DNA of 64,000 bases from Azolla caroliniana (Eukaryota; Plantae; Polypodiophyta): NCBI GenBank assembly GCA_043228905.1, contig JBHGNT010000001.1, forward strand, positions 10,912,001 to 10,976,000, written 5' to 3'. This document shows, one piece after another, positions 11,801-25,100 of this stretch. The notes beneath the pieces were generated by a model. That model was given only the letters and a program-made list of their open reading frames with translations. It was not told where the DNA came from and did not search any database. The position numbers and the translations under genes are program-made. How positions within the stretch are numbered: the stretch's first letter is position 1; each line of letters starts with the position of its first letter.

Positions 11801-13809
11801 TTGTATTGCACATGCGGAACAATTTATAGATCTTTCATAATCTACGAGCTTATATAGCCCACGACATAAAATGCTAGAAGCAATAATAACATCCCCATTG
11901 GACAGATCATGAACTGTACACCTATCATCAACAAATTTAACAACCAAGCCAACCTTGGCTAATGCTGAAACTGACAACAGAGTTTTCTTGATCCCTGGCA
12001 CAAACAAAGCATCTGACAAGGTGAAAGGACTACCATCAACAATAGTCAAAATGATCTTACCAACACCCATAACTGGATAAGATGAGTTGTTGGCGCATGT
12101 GACAGTATTCCCTATAGGGGCAAGCTCCAATGAAGTGAAGAAATTGCGTTGCGAGGTAATATGTTTGGTTGCCCCACTATCGAAGTACCAGACATCTGAT
12201 TGTACAATAGATATTCATTGTTCAAGTGAAGATGGGTCAAAATTGCAAATAGTAGTAAATGCCCATTCTTCATTTTGCACAAGATTTGCAGACTTTGTTT
12301 TTGGTGCAGAGACTTCTACAACAACGAGTCCTACCTCCTTTTTCTTTGCCTCTTTTGCAGCCAATTTTGGACAGTTCTTCATAATATGATTAATTCCTTT
12401 ACAATATTTGCAAAAACGTTTTTGTTTTTGCTCTTGTTTTCTTTCATTCACTTGTGAATTATTAGCAAATCATTGCTTGGTAGCAAAAGAGTTCCATTTA
12501 CCTTTGCCCTTCTGACTAGCTAGGAAATCTTGATCTACAAGACGCATAATAGACTTGTTTTGCCTAGACTAATATTCCTGTAACAAAACAAAGACTAGCT
12601 CCTCGAATGATAAGGCATTGGGATTACCTTTCATCATTAAACGAAGAGTAGAATCAAAACTCTGATATGAATAAGGAATATCATTTAGAACAGTTTGCAC
12701 AAGTGAACTATATGGTATTATTTCATTAGCAGAAATGAATTGTTCCTTTAAATCTTTGATTTTTGTAAGAAAATTGTCCATAGAATCACCTTCATTCATG
12801 TGCTCACTCTCCAATTGTTTTAAGAGATAAGCAACACGAGCCTCATTTCTTGCTTAGTACAAAGTGGTAAGAGTATCCCTAACATCCTTTGCTGTCTTGC
12901 AAGAGCGAATATGGGGAATAATGGCACGTTTCATAGACAAAGTTATGAAAGCATGTTCCTGAGCATCTCTGCCATCCCAACGAAGTTGCTTTGTAGTTGG
13001 CACAATAAAAACTGTAGCATGGGCATGAGCAGGATGATCAACATCCTCGTTAGAATAGTGCCATCAACATTTGTGTTCTCAACAACAAGACGTTTTTCAG
13101 CCCCTTGAACCATATTCCACAACCCCTTTGCTACTACTAATACATGGCGCATCATATAAGCCCAAGGAGGGTAATTTGTTCCATCTAGTTTATCCTCAAC
13201 AACAAGCATCTGAAATACATCATTGCTCTCAGCCATGGCCGTGAACTGAACATGTTTTGATGTAAAAAATGGACTGCTGAATGAATAAAAGGGAATAACG
13301 TACCTCTTTGACTTGAAAGATGAACAAGTGAAGAGAAAAGGGAAACAAATTTGATTTCTAAGGGTTATAGGATTTTCTTGGAGGACTCAAGGAGGCTTTT
13401 TTTAGGATTGAATCGACTTGGAAGCAGAAAAAAACACAACTAAAACTGCGCAGAGGAAGAAAACATGCAGAAATTTGTTTTTTCAACAGTAGAAAAATGT
13501 CACCACAGATGGCACAGACGGAGTGCGTATGAGAGCCGTTGCGTTGCTGCTGAAATGTCGCTTTGTAGCTCTGATACTAGTGTTGGGTTGTTATTTTGAA
13601 TCCCAAAAAAACATAACCACTTTAGGGTTATGAGGGTTTTTATGGACATAGGGAAAAACCTCCTAAAGAGGGAAAAAAGGCCCATGTAGTCCTAAGTGTG
13701 TTCACACACATCATTGTCCTAAGTGTGTTCACACATTACTGTCCTAAATGTGTTCACACACATCACTATCCTAAGTGTGTTCACACATCACTACCAAAAT
13801 ATGTCAATA
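8802..13809 (-). mobile_element. Degenerate full-length Ty1/copia nested in the gypsy integrase
   Basis: LTRs 8802-9000 and 13581-13809 differ in copy number of an internal GTGTTCACACACAT repeat. TSD TCCGG at 8797-8801 and 13810-13814. Minus-strand PBS (GCTCTGATACTA on +) near 13568. PPT at 9001. Broken gag/PR/IN/RT/RH ORFs. Confidence 0.92.
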
Positions 13810-15204
13810 TCCGGTTATCGAACTCTACGTAGTTCGGTTGGCCGAACAATTCCTTAGCTTCTTGCGTGTTCAACTCCCCTGGGTCTGTCACTATCTTCTC
13901 GACGCACCCATACCAGTAGACTACGTCTTCGATTAGGAACTGGCATACCTCCACGATTGTCTTGTTTGTTAAGGTCCGACCCTCCACCTGGTTCGTTAGG
14001 TCCTCTCTTGCAAGCACCAGGTACCGCATCTGCCCCACCCCCATCGGCATCGTCACTAAATCGACCATCTACTTGAAGTGAATGGTTGACGGGTAAGTTG
14101 GGTGTAGCTTGTCGCAGTGTTGGATCGTCGAATGCATTTGGCAGCTCTCGCATGTGGACACAAAGTGGTGCACATCTTTGTACATTCCGGGCCACCAGTA
14201 CCTCTCCTTCAACTTCTCGAACATGGCACATGTCCCTCTATGTCCGGACCAGGGACTCTCATGAAATTCCGACATCAGCACCGACTACTCATCCTTCGTC
14301 ACCACGTAGAGTGGTGTGCCGGTTTGCTTCTTTGGATGCCGCAAGATCTTCCAGTCTCGTAGGAAGAGCTTATATGCCTTCTTTCGGATCTGATTCGCTT
14401 CCTCCTTTGTCCACGATGTGTCCGACGCTATCGTGCTTAGGAACCTTCCGATTAGAAGCCTCTCCCTGTTGTCTTCGTCCTCGTCAAACTCGTTCTGGGT
14501 CGGAGTGCTTTGTTTGTTCGCCGACATTTGAGCCAACTCGAAGAAGTCCACGCCGACTTCTTCGTCTTCCGATACCGTGCCGTCCTCTCCTTTGAACCGT
14601 GCTCTTGACAAGATATCGGCCATGGTATTGTCTCTCTTGGAGATGTGTCGTATCTCCTGATGCAGGGACTTAATATATGCAACCCACCTGAGCATTGCAA
14701 GGTCTGGAGTTGCGCATCCAGAAACCATATCGAGAATGGGTAGGCAATCCGTCTCGATTATCACCTCCGTCCCGACTAGATAATCCTTGTTGGCCTTCAC
14801 CGCCGAAACGATACCCACAATTCGCGCTTAACTTGGGCGTATCCTTGTTGCCGCTCACTTAGGACCTTTGTGCTGAATCAGATGGTGAACCACGTTCCGG
14901 CTTTGTCTTCCTGGTTTATAACCCATCCGATTCTGGTCATATTTGTGTCCACCGTAACGAAAATCAGGGTGTCCTTCTTGTACACTGCTTTCCGAAGAGC
15001 CAACGCCACCGTTAGTCTCCAGACCTCCTCTGAGTGCTCTTCTCTCCAGTCGGACCTTCACCCTTTCTTCAGCAAGCCGTAGAGTGGCTCTACGATGTGT
15101 GCGTAGTGCAGGGTCCAAATATGATAAAAGGCACATGCCCCTAATAACCATCGAACCTCGGTGGTTGTCTGACATTCCTCCTTCATGGCCGCGATGGTCT
15201 CCAC

Positions 15205-15417
15205 TAGGGATCGGCAACGGCTCGGCTCGGCTTGAACCTTGCCAAACCGGCTCAAGCTGGCTAAGCCGTTTATAAACTTTAGAGAGAGGGGGAGAGAGAG
15301 AAAGAGAGAGAGAGAGAGAGTGAGGGAGACTAAACAGACGATGGGAGACAGAGAGAGTGAGTGAGGGAGAACTACACGAGGGGGGAGAGAGAGAGAGAGG
15401 GAGGGAGACAACAAATA

Positions 15418-15454
<37 letters not shown>

Positions 15455-15495
15455 TACACAGAGGGGGAAGAGAGAGAGAGACTACACAGAGGGGG

Positions 15496-15528
<33 letters not shown>

Positions 15529-15803
15529 TCGAGACCACAGACGTGAGAGAGAGTGTGGGAGGGAGAGCTTGTACAATGTATACTATAGTATATAGTGGAT
15601 CATCTAATATAATATAGTATATAATATAATTGTGTGCTTTTACCAAAAGAGAGAGAGAGAGAGAGAGAGGTTTCCAAACCGTTTACCAAGCCGGTTCACA
15701 ATCCGGTTTAGCCTTGAGATCCCGTAAATGGTTTAGGCTTAGCCGGTTTGGCTTGATCCAAGCCAAACCGGCTAAGCCTAAACTGAACCATTGCCGATCC
15801 CTA
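15205..15803. mobile_element. Non-autonomous hAT element, 599 bp, with GA-microsatellite-rich core
   Basis: TIRs TAGGGATCGGCAA / TTGCCGATCCCTA. Perfect 8-bp TSD GTCTCCAC at 15197-15204 and 15804-15811. Interrupts gypsy pol. Confidence 0.93.
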
Positions 15804-17274
15804 GTCTCCACCTTTGTTAGAGACGGTTTTCGGCCGTATGGCCGCACAAGTGACCGACCACTAGGATCTTGGACTGTTTGAATGCCGATTTCTCTCCAGA
15901 GAAGGTGAGTAGTGCAAGCCTCTGCAATATCTTCTCGCCGTCGGAGATGTGGTTCGACAGGAAGTTCCGGCTTCCATCCTGTCAGACTGACTTGTCCTTC
16001 ACATCCTCCGGACATCCCTTGATTGGGATGTCGTCTACAAACGGCATGGTGATGTCTGGGATGCAGTCCCTCTACACTTTGTTCATTGCATTCACCATGT
16101 GTGCCACAAAATTCGTCCCACCTTGTGGTAGGGTACACATCCGAACTAAGTCGAGAGGGGTCCGCATCATCGTGATGTCCCTGCTTTCAACGGCTAGTTG
16201 GAATTGGTTGTACCCAGAATATAAGTCGCTGACTGAGTAGGTAGAGCTTCTGGTGAAGGCTTCCACGAACTCATCGATTGTCAAACTGACTCCTACATTT
16301 CGAATGGTCACCTTGTTGACCGGCTGGAGATCCTGAATGAAGTGCAATGTGCCGTTCTTCTTTAGCACCGTGAACCACCGATTCGAATAAGGGGCACTCG
16401 ACGGTTTGAGAATCCCCATCTCTACCTTCTCCTTGAGCAACTCCATCAACTTCGGGATGTGAGCTCTCGATACCGGAATCGGTTTCAGACTCCACGGTAC
16501 ATGTGGTACGGTGAATATCACCATCTGTTCCACGATCGTCAGGTCGACGCACCCGATCTCCCCCGGTGAGAATGCAAAGGCTTTCTTGTTGTCGTGCCTT
16601 TCGGCGCTGGATCGTTGCGTGAATCGGGTGGGAACCGCTGGGGTTTTGGACTAGGAGGAGGAAGAATTTGAGATGATTCTAATTATAAATAGATTATTAG
16701 AAACTTGGGAATCCCACAAGTATAATGTATTTTATTAATTAATATTTAGATAAGAATATGTATTTAGATTGAAAGAGATAGATATGGAAATCTCGTGAAT
16801 CCCACGAGTATAGTTTATTTCGTGAATCCCACAAATATATTTTATTAATTGGTGTCTTTTAGAAATATATCCAATTTCCAAATATTTCACACACCTTATT
16901 ACATTGTGCTCCCCATCCTTATATAGTGATGAGAGAGTCTTAATAATCCATGCTTTTTCTCTAACAATAGACTATATGCTTTATCTAACATGCTTTTTCT
17001 AAAGTGATCTTGCTTTTTCTAACTTGATGCGTTTTTATCGATTATGGTGTTCATGCACGCTACATGTGCATACGTAGCTTTTTCTTTTATCATGTGTTTA
17101 TCCTATTGCCGGATATTGTTGAGCTCTTGCCGGAGCTCCAACTTCCGAGCCGTGGTACTTGCGACGGAAATCTTCTGGAGATTTTCTCGGGCCTCCTTCG
17201 GTGACTTTGTGTCTCTAATGTAGATGAGCATCTGGTCGTACACATAGGACCTGAGGCAGTACAACACTTTGCCC

Positions 17275-17425
17275 GCTAGTATGCACTTATGTTTCTAACG
17301 TTTACTTTTGTAACATTAATGATATGTTAGTATAATGGTAAGGCTTTGCATTATTAACATGGAGGTACAGGGTTCGAATCCTGCCTTATGCATGTAACAA
17401 TTTTTTCTTCTATTTACAAATTTGT
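17275..17425 (+). other. AT-rich ~150-bp insert with a tRNA-like Pol III promoter (SINE-like)
   Basis: A-box-like TAGTATAATGG (~17328) and B-box GGTTCGAATCC (17371-17381). Abrupt compositional break next to the PPT of the gag-only element. Confidence 0.5.
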
Positions 17426-19622
17426 CTCTTTATCCGGTGAGAGACTCTCACCGGCCTTCTTTATCCGGCTCTTTATTCTGCTTGATCCGGGCCTCCTTAC
17501 CGGTTCCTCCTTCATCCGGTTCTCACCGGTTCTTCTTACCGGTTCCTCCTTGCCGATTCTTCCTTCATTCGGTTCTCTTCGTCCGCTTCTCACTGACTGT
17601 CACCGACTTTCTTCATCCGATTCTTGCCGGGTCTCCATGTCCCATCCGAAGGGACCAAAAATGCAATTTTCTCATAGTGTGCGATTTACACTACGACACT
17701 CGCCCCCTCCAAACCCGCACATCCTCCGGTATGTGCCGAAGTTGTCGGTGATTGTTAGTCTCCTCCGTCCGGTCTCCACCCGATTGGTTTCGTTGCCAAT
17801 CCCGTTGCCGGTTTTGTTCGGTTGCAGGTTTCTCGTAATTCTCCTTTACTCGTAGTACACTCCATTTCTCTCGCTATGTCGACTTTGTCTCTCCATTTTG
17901 AGCATATCCATTCTTTCCACTCGAACCATTGTCGCCATCCGATCCACCATATTCTTTGTTCTCTCTCGTCATAGAATCTCACGTTAGTGTTTAAGTTCTT
18001 CCTGTTAGAGCCTTTCTTCTTTGTTGAGATCTCATCGTTAATAATACCCTTAAAATCCGCTTGGCCCTTGTTATCCATGGTAGTGTCTTTTCCGGATCGG
18101 TCTCGCCCGATCGACTTTCGGTTGAGTCGTATTAGCTTCTTTCTGATTCGGTCTCATTTGATCGGCTTTCGGTTGAGTCGTATTAGCTTCTTTCCGATTC
18201 GGTTTCGTTCGATCGGCTTCCGATCAAATTCGTATTCAGTCGAATTGGACTCGGTTGATCGGTTTTGACCGAGTCGGCCCCCTTCCGGGTCGTTTTTTGT
18301 TTAGATCGGAATTTCGTCCAGATCATCTTCCATTTGAACCGGCTTCTGACTTTACCTTTCTTGCTACCACCTCCCGTCTCTCCGGTCTCACGTTGGTTCT
18401 CAGACAAAACCGCCGAAGTCTCTAGAATTAGTGGGCAGGAATCCTCGGTATTACTGTCCTCCATCGTTTCACCCATGGCCACCTTCTCGGCTATCTCTCC
18501 GTCACATGCATCAATGTCCTTCGTTTTCTCTCCGCCATCTTCTGTCTCTTCGGTCTCACGTTGCTTTTCGAACGCAATTGCCGAAGTGTCTAGAACTAGT
18601 GGTGGGAAAGTTTTCATACGGCCATCCGCCATTGATTCATCCATAGCCACCTCCGATTCGATGTCATCTTTCGTGGTGACCTCCTCAATCAAGTCCGCCT
18701 CGCACTCTTTATCTCCCTCGATCATGCAAGCATCGATTATGCTTACCCCTTTTTCACCCGATGTTTCAGATAGTTGTATACTGAAACCTTCTTTCGTTCT
18801 TGAAGTGGTGTTCGCCACTCTCAAGTCATCGACCTTATCCTTGGCCGTCATTCTTTCGCAAGACAAGAGGATGTCTTGTTCTATACCCTCTCCCGTAGTA
18901 TTGACGTATCGTACTTCGGCCTTCTTATTAGCCACATCGTTCATCCTTAATCGATCATCCCTTATAGGCCATGTTGTTGCCGACAATATTCTCATCTTCC
19001 TCTTATCATGTCTTCGGCATACTCTTTCGACTTCAACCCAATCCTCGGTAATACCATTTGCACCGTCATCATCTTCGAGTTTGATCCCGATGTCCATCCT
19101 TTCTTTCCGATCGATCAATCTTACGAACATTAGGACTTTATCTTCTCCCAACAATCTTTGTTCCCGCTCCGAGAGTCGAGCAAAATGATACTCGAACTCT
19201 AGGAATGCTTGTGTCGCGCTTCGGTGGGTCTTCTCCGATGCCACCCATTCTTCGAACTCGCGTCGATCTCGTCCCTTCGATCTCTCGTAGTCATATGCCT
19301 CTCGTAAAGCTTCTTCAAAGGAACCCCATGTAGGGTTTTGTTGCCGTATCTTGTGGATTTTCTCTAGTAGCTCATCCATGGCCACCCGACTTAAGGATAT
19401 CACTTGCAATTCTTCCGGTATCCCATGTCACATCATCGCCGCCTTGTAGTCACATAGATAACGTGACACATCCTTTCCGTTGAATTGCCCGTTTCTTTGC
19501 ACAAGCCCTCTACTTCCGATTTGATCTCCGACATCAAGTGTTGTTCTTGGAGTATGCGGTTAAGCATCATCGTTATCATGCACATCACCTCTTGTTGATT
19601 CTCCATCTCCTTGCCACTCGCT

Positions 19623-19640
19623 TTCACGTCGGGTTCACCA
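19623..19640 (-). promoter_or_regulatory. Primer-binding site complementary to tRNA-Trp 3' end
   Basis: TTCACGTCGGGTTCACCA on + matches the 3' end of plant cytosolic tRNA-Trp plus CCA (from recall). It lies 4 nt from the LTR. Confidence 0.8.
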
Positions 19641-20939
19641 ACTGTGTCGTGCCTTTCGGCGTCGGATCGTTGCGTGAGTCGGGTGGGAACCGCCGAGGTT
19701 TTGGACTAGGAGGAGGAAGAATTTGAGACGATTCTAATTATAAATAGATTATTAGAAACTTGGGAATCCCACAAGTATAATGTATTTTATTAATTAATAT
19801 TTAGATAAGAATATGTATTTAGATTGAAAGAGATAGATATAGAAATCTCGTGAATCCCACGAGTATAGTTTATTTCGTGAATCCCACGAATATATTTTAT
19901 TAATTGGTGTCTTTTAGAAATATATCCAATTTCCAAATATTTCACACACCTTATTACATTGTGCTCCCCATCCTTATATAGTGATGAGAGAGTCTTAATA
20001 ATCCATGCTTTTTCTCTAACAATAGACTATATGCTTTATCTAACATGCTTTTTCTAAAGTGATCTTGCTTTTTCTAACTTGATGCGTTTTTATCGATTAT
20101 GGCGTTCATGCACGCTACATGTGCATGCGTAGCTTTTTCTTTTATCATGCATCTTGGGTCAATCGAGGGGCGTCTGTTGCACGATTGGCCGCCGCCTTCC
20201 CTTCAGGCTTGAGCAATGTAAAGATCGCGCACCATCTTTGTCAGCTCTTCTAGAGCCGCGCCCCCGGACGATCCCTCGACCACATTGGCTGGAACCGTGG
20301 CCGACTTGAGCCACCGTCTTGTCTCTTCCGACCGAGTCGGAATCTCCTCCGACCTCTTCCCGATAGTCGGGCCGGCTGTCCATGACCCCACGTCGTTCCA
20401 TTCTCGCAGTTTGTCAAAACGGCCACAAACTCTTTTGACCACGGCCCAATCAGTCATGAGCCCTTCATTCGTCTCCAAGAGGAGACCCACCTTCTCTCGG
20501 TCAAGTGTGTCGACGAACTTAAGGAATAGTAGGACCTTGTTCGTATTGAGCACGATCTAGTCTAACGCCAAGAGCTGAGCGAATAGTTTTTCAAACTCCT
20601 AGAGGAGCACCGATGTATTCTTGGGTGAAAGCATGCGAGTGGAAACAATTAGCTATGTCCTCGACATAGCTAATTAGCTATGCAAAAAGCTACCATTGAT
20701 AAATAGTCATTTTTGCAAAAAGTTACCATTTATAAATTAGCTATGCAAAAAGATACCATTGAAAATAGTAGAGAGTTTTAATTATGTAAATGAGCACCAT
20801 AAATGTGCAACATAAATTGATATGTGCACCATAAATTATATACTGAATTCCTAGGTCCATTATGCATGATCCTTTGCCACATCACTTGGGCCATCTCTAG
20901 TTGAGTATTCTGGCTTAGATTACTACCATTGTTGCTAAA

Positions 20940-21945
20940 CCCTATTGAGTCCACTCCTCCATTGCCGCCATTCTACACTCAGTTACTGGCACTGTGTGGT
21001 CCAAGTATCATCTGCCACTATTCAATCCGACGGAGTTCACTCCTCCATTGCCGCCATTCTACACTCAGTTGCCGACACTGTTTAGTCCAAACATCATCTA
21101 CCAAGTTCATTCCTCCATTGCCGCCACTCTACACTCAGTTGCCGCTACTGTGAAGGTCGTATATTACCGCCACATTTCAATCCGATGGATTTAACTCCTT
21201 CTCCACTGCCATCGTTCTACTCTCAGTTGCTGTCATTGTGCGTTCCAAGCATCATCTGCCACAATTCGATCTGACAGAGTTCACTCCGTCGCCATCATCC
21301 TACACTCAGTTGTCGCTACTATTCGGTCCTAGATTGCTGCCACTTTTCGATTTGACGGAGTTCACTCATCCATTGCCATCATTCTACACTTAGTTGCCGC
21401 TATTGTTCAGTCATGTATTGCTGCCACTTTTCGATCTGAGGGAGTTCACTCCTTCTCCACTGCCGCGATTCTACTCTCAGTTGCCGTCATTGTGCATTCC
21501 AAGCATCATCTGCCACTGTTCGATCTGACGGAGTTCACTCCATTGTCATCATTCTACACTCAATTGCCGCTATTGTTCAGTCCTGGATTGCTGCCACTTT
21601 TCAATTTGACGGAGTTCACTCATCCATTGCCATCATTCTACACTCAGTTGCCGTGACTGTTCAACCGTGTATTGCTACCACTTTTCGATCCGAGGTAGTT
21701 CACTCCTTCTCCACTGCCGCGATTCTACTCTCAGTTTTCGTCACTGTGTGTTCCAAGCATCATCTGCCACTGTTCCATCTAAAGGAATTCACTCCTACAT
21801 TGCCATCATTCTATACTCAGTTGCCGCTATTGTTGGGTCCTAGATTGCCAAAACTATTCAATCAAACGGAGTTCACTCCACTGTCGTCATTCTACAGTCA
21901 GTTGCCACCACTATTCGGCCCTGGATTATCGCCACTGTTCGGTCT
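20940..21945 (+). repeat. Minisatellite of 81-89-bp monomers organised as a 254-bp higher-order repeat
   Basis: GAGTTCACTC-type anchors at 21188, 21277, 21358, 21442, 21531, 21612, 21696, 21785, 21869 (spacings 89,81,84,89,81,84,89,84). Confidence 0.85.
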
Positions 21946-22102
21946 TGAATTTCAATAACTATTCCGTCTATTGATTATCTTGTGTATTGTTGTGTATAAT
22001 CTTGTGTATTGCAGAATATTTTTGTGTATTGTTGTTGCCCATAACCATCTTTAATACGTGTCTTTTTTTCGGCAAAATTAGGGTTTAAACCTATCAAGCT
22101 AA

Positions 22103-25100
22103 ATGGAAGGGGAAGGAGGGTGTTTAGAATTACCCCTCAATGATCATTAGGATAGGGATGACGCTATCAGGACACAACAAGCGATACGAAAGTATTGGGC
22201 AGGAAAAAAAAAGAAAACATCGTCAATTGTTGAATGATACGAAAGCCACACTCACTAAAGGTAAAGATAGTATTGGTTGCAATATAGGTTTAAATATCAT
22301 TGAGAATGGAAGTAATGAGACTACTATCATAGAGAGAAAGGTTGTAGACTATTTCAATGTTCAAACCAAGCACATCAACAATGAAGACAAGAAGGTAGTA
22401 CTTTATGGAATATTAAATGATCCATCGATAAAGGAGTTAGTTGATTCTGATGGTCTTAATGCAAACATAACATTTGTACTAGTAAATAATCTCCGTAATA
22501 GTTTCGTATTCATGAGGAGGTCAGAAGATGATCTTGTCTTAAAAAGGTCTAGTCTAATGATGTTACTTAATAGTGATGTCGACGATATTAACATGAGTGT
22601 GCTATCTGAGGTAATTGGTGTTAGTAGAAAAAGTGTGTACAATACATTGAACCAGATAGTTTCCTCGGGTGAAGGAACTAGTCTCCTAAAGCTAACAACA
22701 AGATCTAAGCCAATGCCACCCATAACATAAGAAATCAAGGATATAATCACAATATTTTGGACTAATGAGAGTAGGGTTTCACCCAGTAAGAAGGGTTTAT
22801 GCAGGAAACGTGTTGCAAGGAGTCAATACGAGGAGCATCCCATTCATCTTCTTGTTGTACCTCAGGTATTTACATTTATCTCAACATTTGTTTTGACTTT
22901 TGAGCTTAGTTAGTTAGCTTATTAGCTACCTCCGAATATGACCATACCAGAATAGCTAATTACCTACCTCAGAATATGACCATAGCTAAATAGCTACCAG
23001 TAATAGCTAATGAGCTACCAGAATAGCTAATTAGCTCCCTCAGAATATGACCATAGCTAACTAGCTACCAGTAATAGCTAATTAGCTACCTCAGAATATG
23101 ATCATAGCTAACTAGCTACTAGTAATAGCTTAATAGCGATTGCCAATAGCTAATTTAGCTATTACCAGTTAATTCGCTACTACAATAGTTAATTAGCTAC
23201 CTAAGAATATCAAACATAACTATTTAGCTACTAGAATAGCTAAATAGCTACCAGTCATAGCTATTTAGCTACCACAATAGCTAATTAGCTGCTTATGACT
23301 ATAGCTAATTGGCTACTAGAATAGCTAATCCCCTACTAGAATAGTTAATTAGCTACCTAAGAATATGAGCATAGTTAATTAGCTACTAGAATAGCTAATT
23401 AGTTGTGTATGACTAGCTAATTAGCTAACTAGCTATTCTCAATAGCTAATTTAGCTATTATCAGCTAATTAGTTGCTAGGATAGGTAATTAGCTACCAAT
23501 CATAGCTATTTAGCTACCAGAATAGTTGATTAACTACCTATAATTATAGCTAATTAGCTACTAGAATAGCTAACTAACTATTCCCAATAGCTAATTAGTT
23601 ATTACCAGCTATTTAACTGCCAAGATAACTAATTAGCATCAAGAATAGCTAATTGGCTACCAATCATAACTGTTTAGCTACCATAATAACTAATTAGCTG
23701 CCTATGACTATAACTAATTAGCTATCAGATTAGCTAACTAGCTATTCCCAATAGCTAATTTAGTTATTACCAGCTAATTAGCTACTAGAATAGCTAAATA
23801 GCTACTAGAATAGCTAAATAGCTACTAGAATAGCTTATTAGCTGCTATAACAGGTTTGGAGCATAGCTAATAAGCTAATCAATATGTCCATTTTATTACG
23901 CAGGTTCATTTATTTATTAGGTTCAGGCGAATGCATCCAAATATCAAAGTTCAACTACGAACATTCAAGTCTCTTAAGCTACACTTTGTGAGACGCTTGA
24001 AGGATCGATACACATGTTGTTGCATTTACCATGTACAAATGGGTTTTTTCTAGGACTTTGTTAATCTACTACGTCACCATAGCGCCTCCCTAACTAATGT
24101 AGTTTGCACTTGTGAGTGCCCAATTTGTCGATCGAGCCCACAAGAGCATTGTAAATCATCTGAGCATGTTATCTCTTCCATGAGTTGTCTTTTAGATTTA
24201 GTATTGTGTCCTAGAGAAACTGAGGCCATCTTCCACAGTCATAAATGTGTTATAGGTTTATGTCAAGATTGTGGGCCTAGTAGATTTAGGTGGTGTCCAA
24301 ATGAATTGAGTAGTGAAATATTAATCTCTCTCAAGTTATTTGAGTAAGTTGACACCAATTTCGAAGGAAAGGTGTGTAAAAGAAAGGATCTAGTTAGGAA
24401 GTCGCTTAAACCAATGGATTTGGTGTCTCCATTTGTAGTATCTCTAGGAAAGTTCATTAAACACAACTTCATTTATTCATGGCAAGCCCATCAGTTTAAG
24501 ACTTGTAGATCTGATTTTCCAAATGATGTAGTAGTCTCAGTAGTAGATTTTGTAGAGAATTATACTTTCAAGCAGCAGAATGAAATTCAATCTATGCATT
24601 GATGTTCAACGCAGGTAACCATTTTTGTGCACATAACATATTTTCGAGTTTCAAGTGATGTTAAAAAAGTAATTCATTTTTTTATTTCTGATGATAAGAA
24701 GCATGATACCTTGTTCTTCCAACATTGTTTCAACTTACATTGGCAATGGTTATTAGCTAAAATTTTGGAGCTTACTCGACATTGGGTCTGGTCTGATGGA
24801 GCTGCGTCACAAATCAAGGCTAGAAGTCCATTTTATTTTGTTGGGAGGTATCCTACTATAACAGGTCTGGAGATGAGATGAATTTTTTTTGGGTCTGGCC
24901 ATGGTAAAGGTGAACATAATGGTGCAAGGCTGTTATAAAGCGGGCACTTACCCATGAGCAACTAAAGGTAGATGGTGTGCAGATGAATTGTGCAGCACAT
25001 GTAGTTGAATTTTTAAGAGCTAATATGTCAACGAGTGCAACTGGTGTTTATTCCTCGCAGGTCCGAGATATCAAACGTAAATTTTGGGAAGTGAAGATAG

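Larger units (their letters stand above)
16590..20150 (-). mobile_element. Gag-only (TR-GAG/LARD-like) non-autonomous Ty3/gypsy LTR element
   Basis: 3' LTR 16590-17266 (TGTCGT...ACAACA on +). 5' LTR 19645-~20150 is near-identical but lacks ~170 bp. tRNA-Trp PBS. Gag-like ORFs 19627-19433 and 19409-18183 resemble the host gag (DKVL.F...D..ER...WV.V.RVC). No pol found. Confidence 0.8.
8230..20622 (-). mobile_element. Degenerate Ty3/gypsy host element without LTRs, fragmented by three nested insertions
   Basis: Minus-strand gag (20152-20620), RT (FIQDLQPVNKV, DLYSGYNQF, LPQGGTN; 15812-16589), RNase H and IN zinc finger (HESPWSGHRG, CESCQ; 13815-15204), IN core and C-terminus (8280-8800). Many stops and frameshifts; end coordinates approximate. 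Confidence 0.85.

Noticed and set aside
17321-17395. Functional tRNA gene
   Set aside because: A and B boxes are present, but I cannot fold convincing acceptor and anticodon stems.
18265-19188. 307-aa plus-strand ORF
   Set aside because: Antisense shadow of the gag-like ORF 18183..19409.
16584-20156. TCTTG on both sides of the gag-only element as a TSD
   Set aside because: The left copy is offset by 1 nt from the LTR end, the right LTR is truncated, and host sequence is missing between the flanks. Coincidence or deletion microhomology is more likely.
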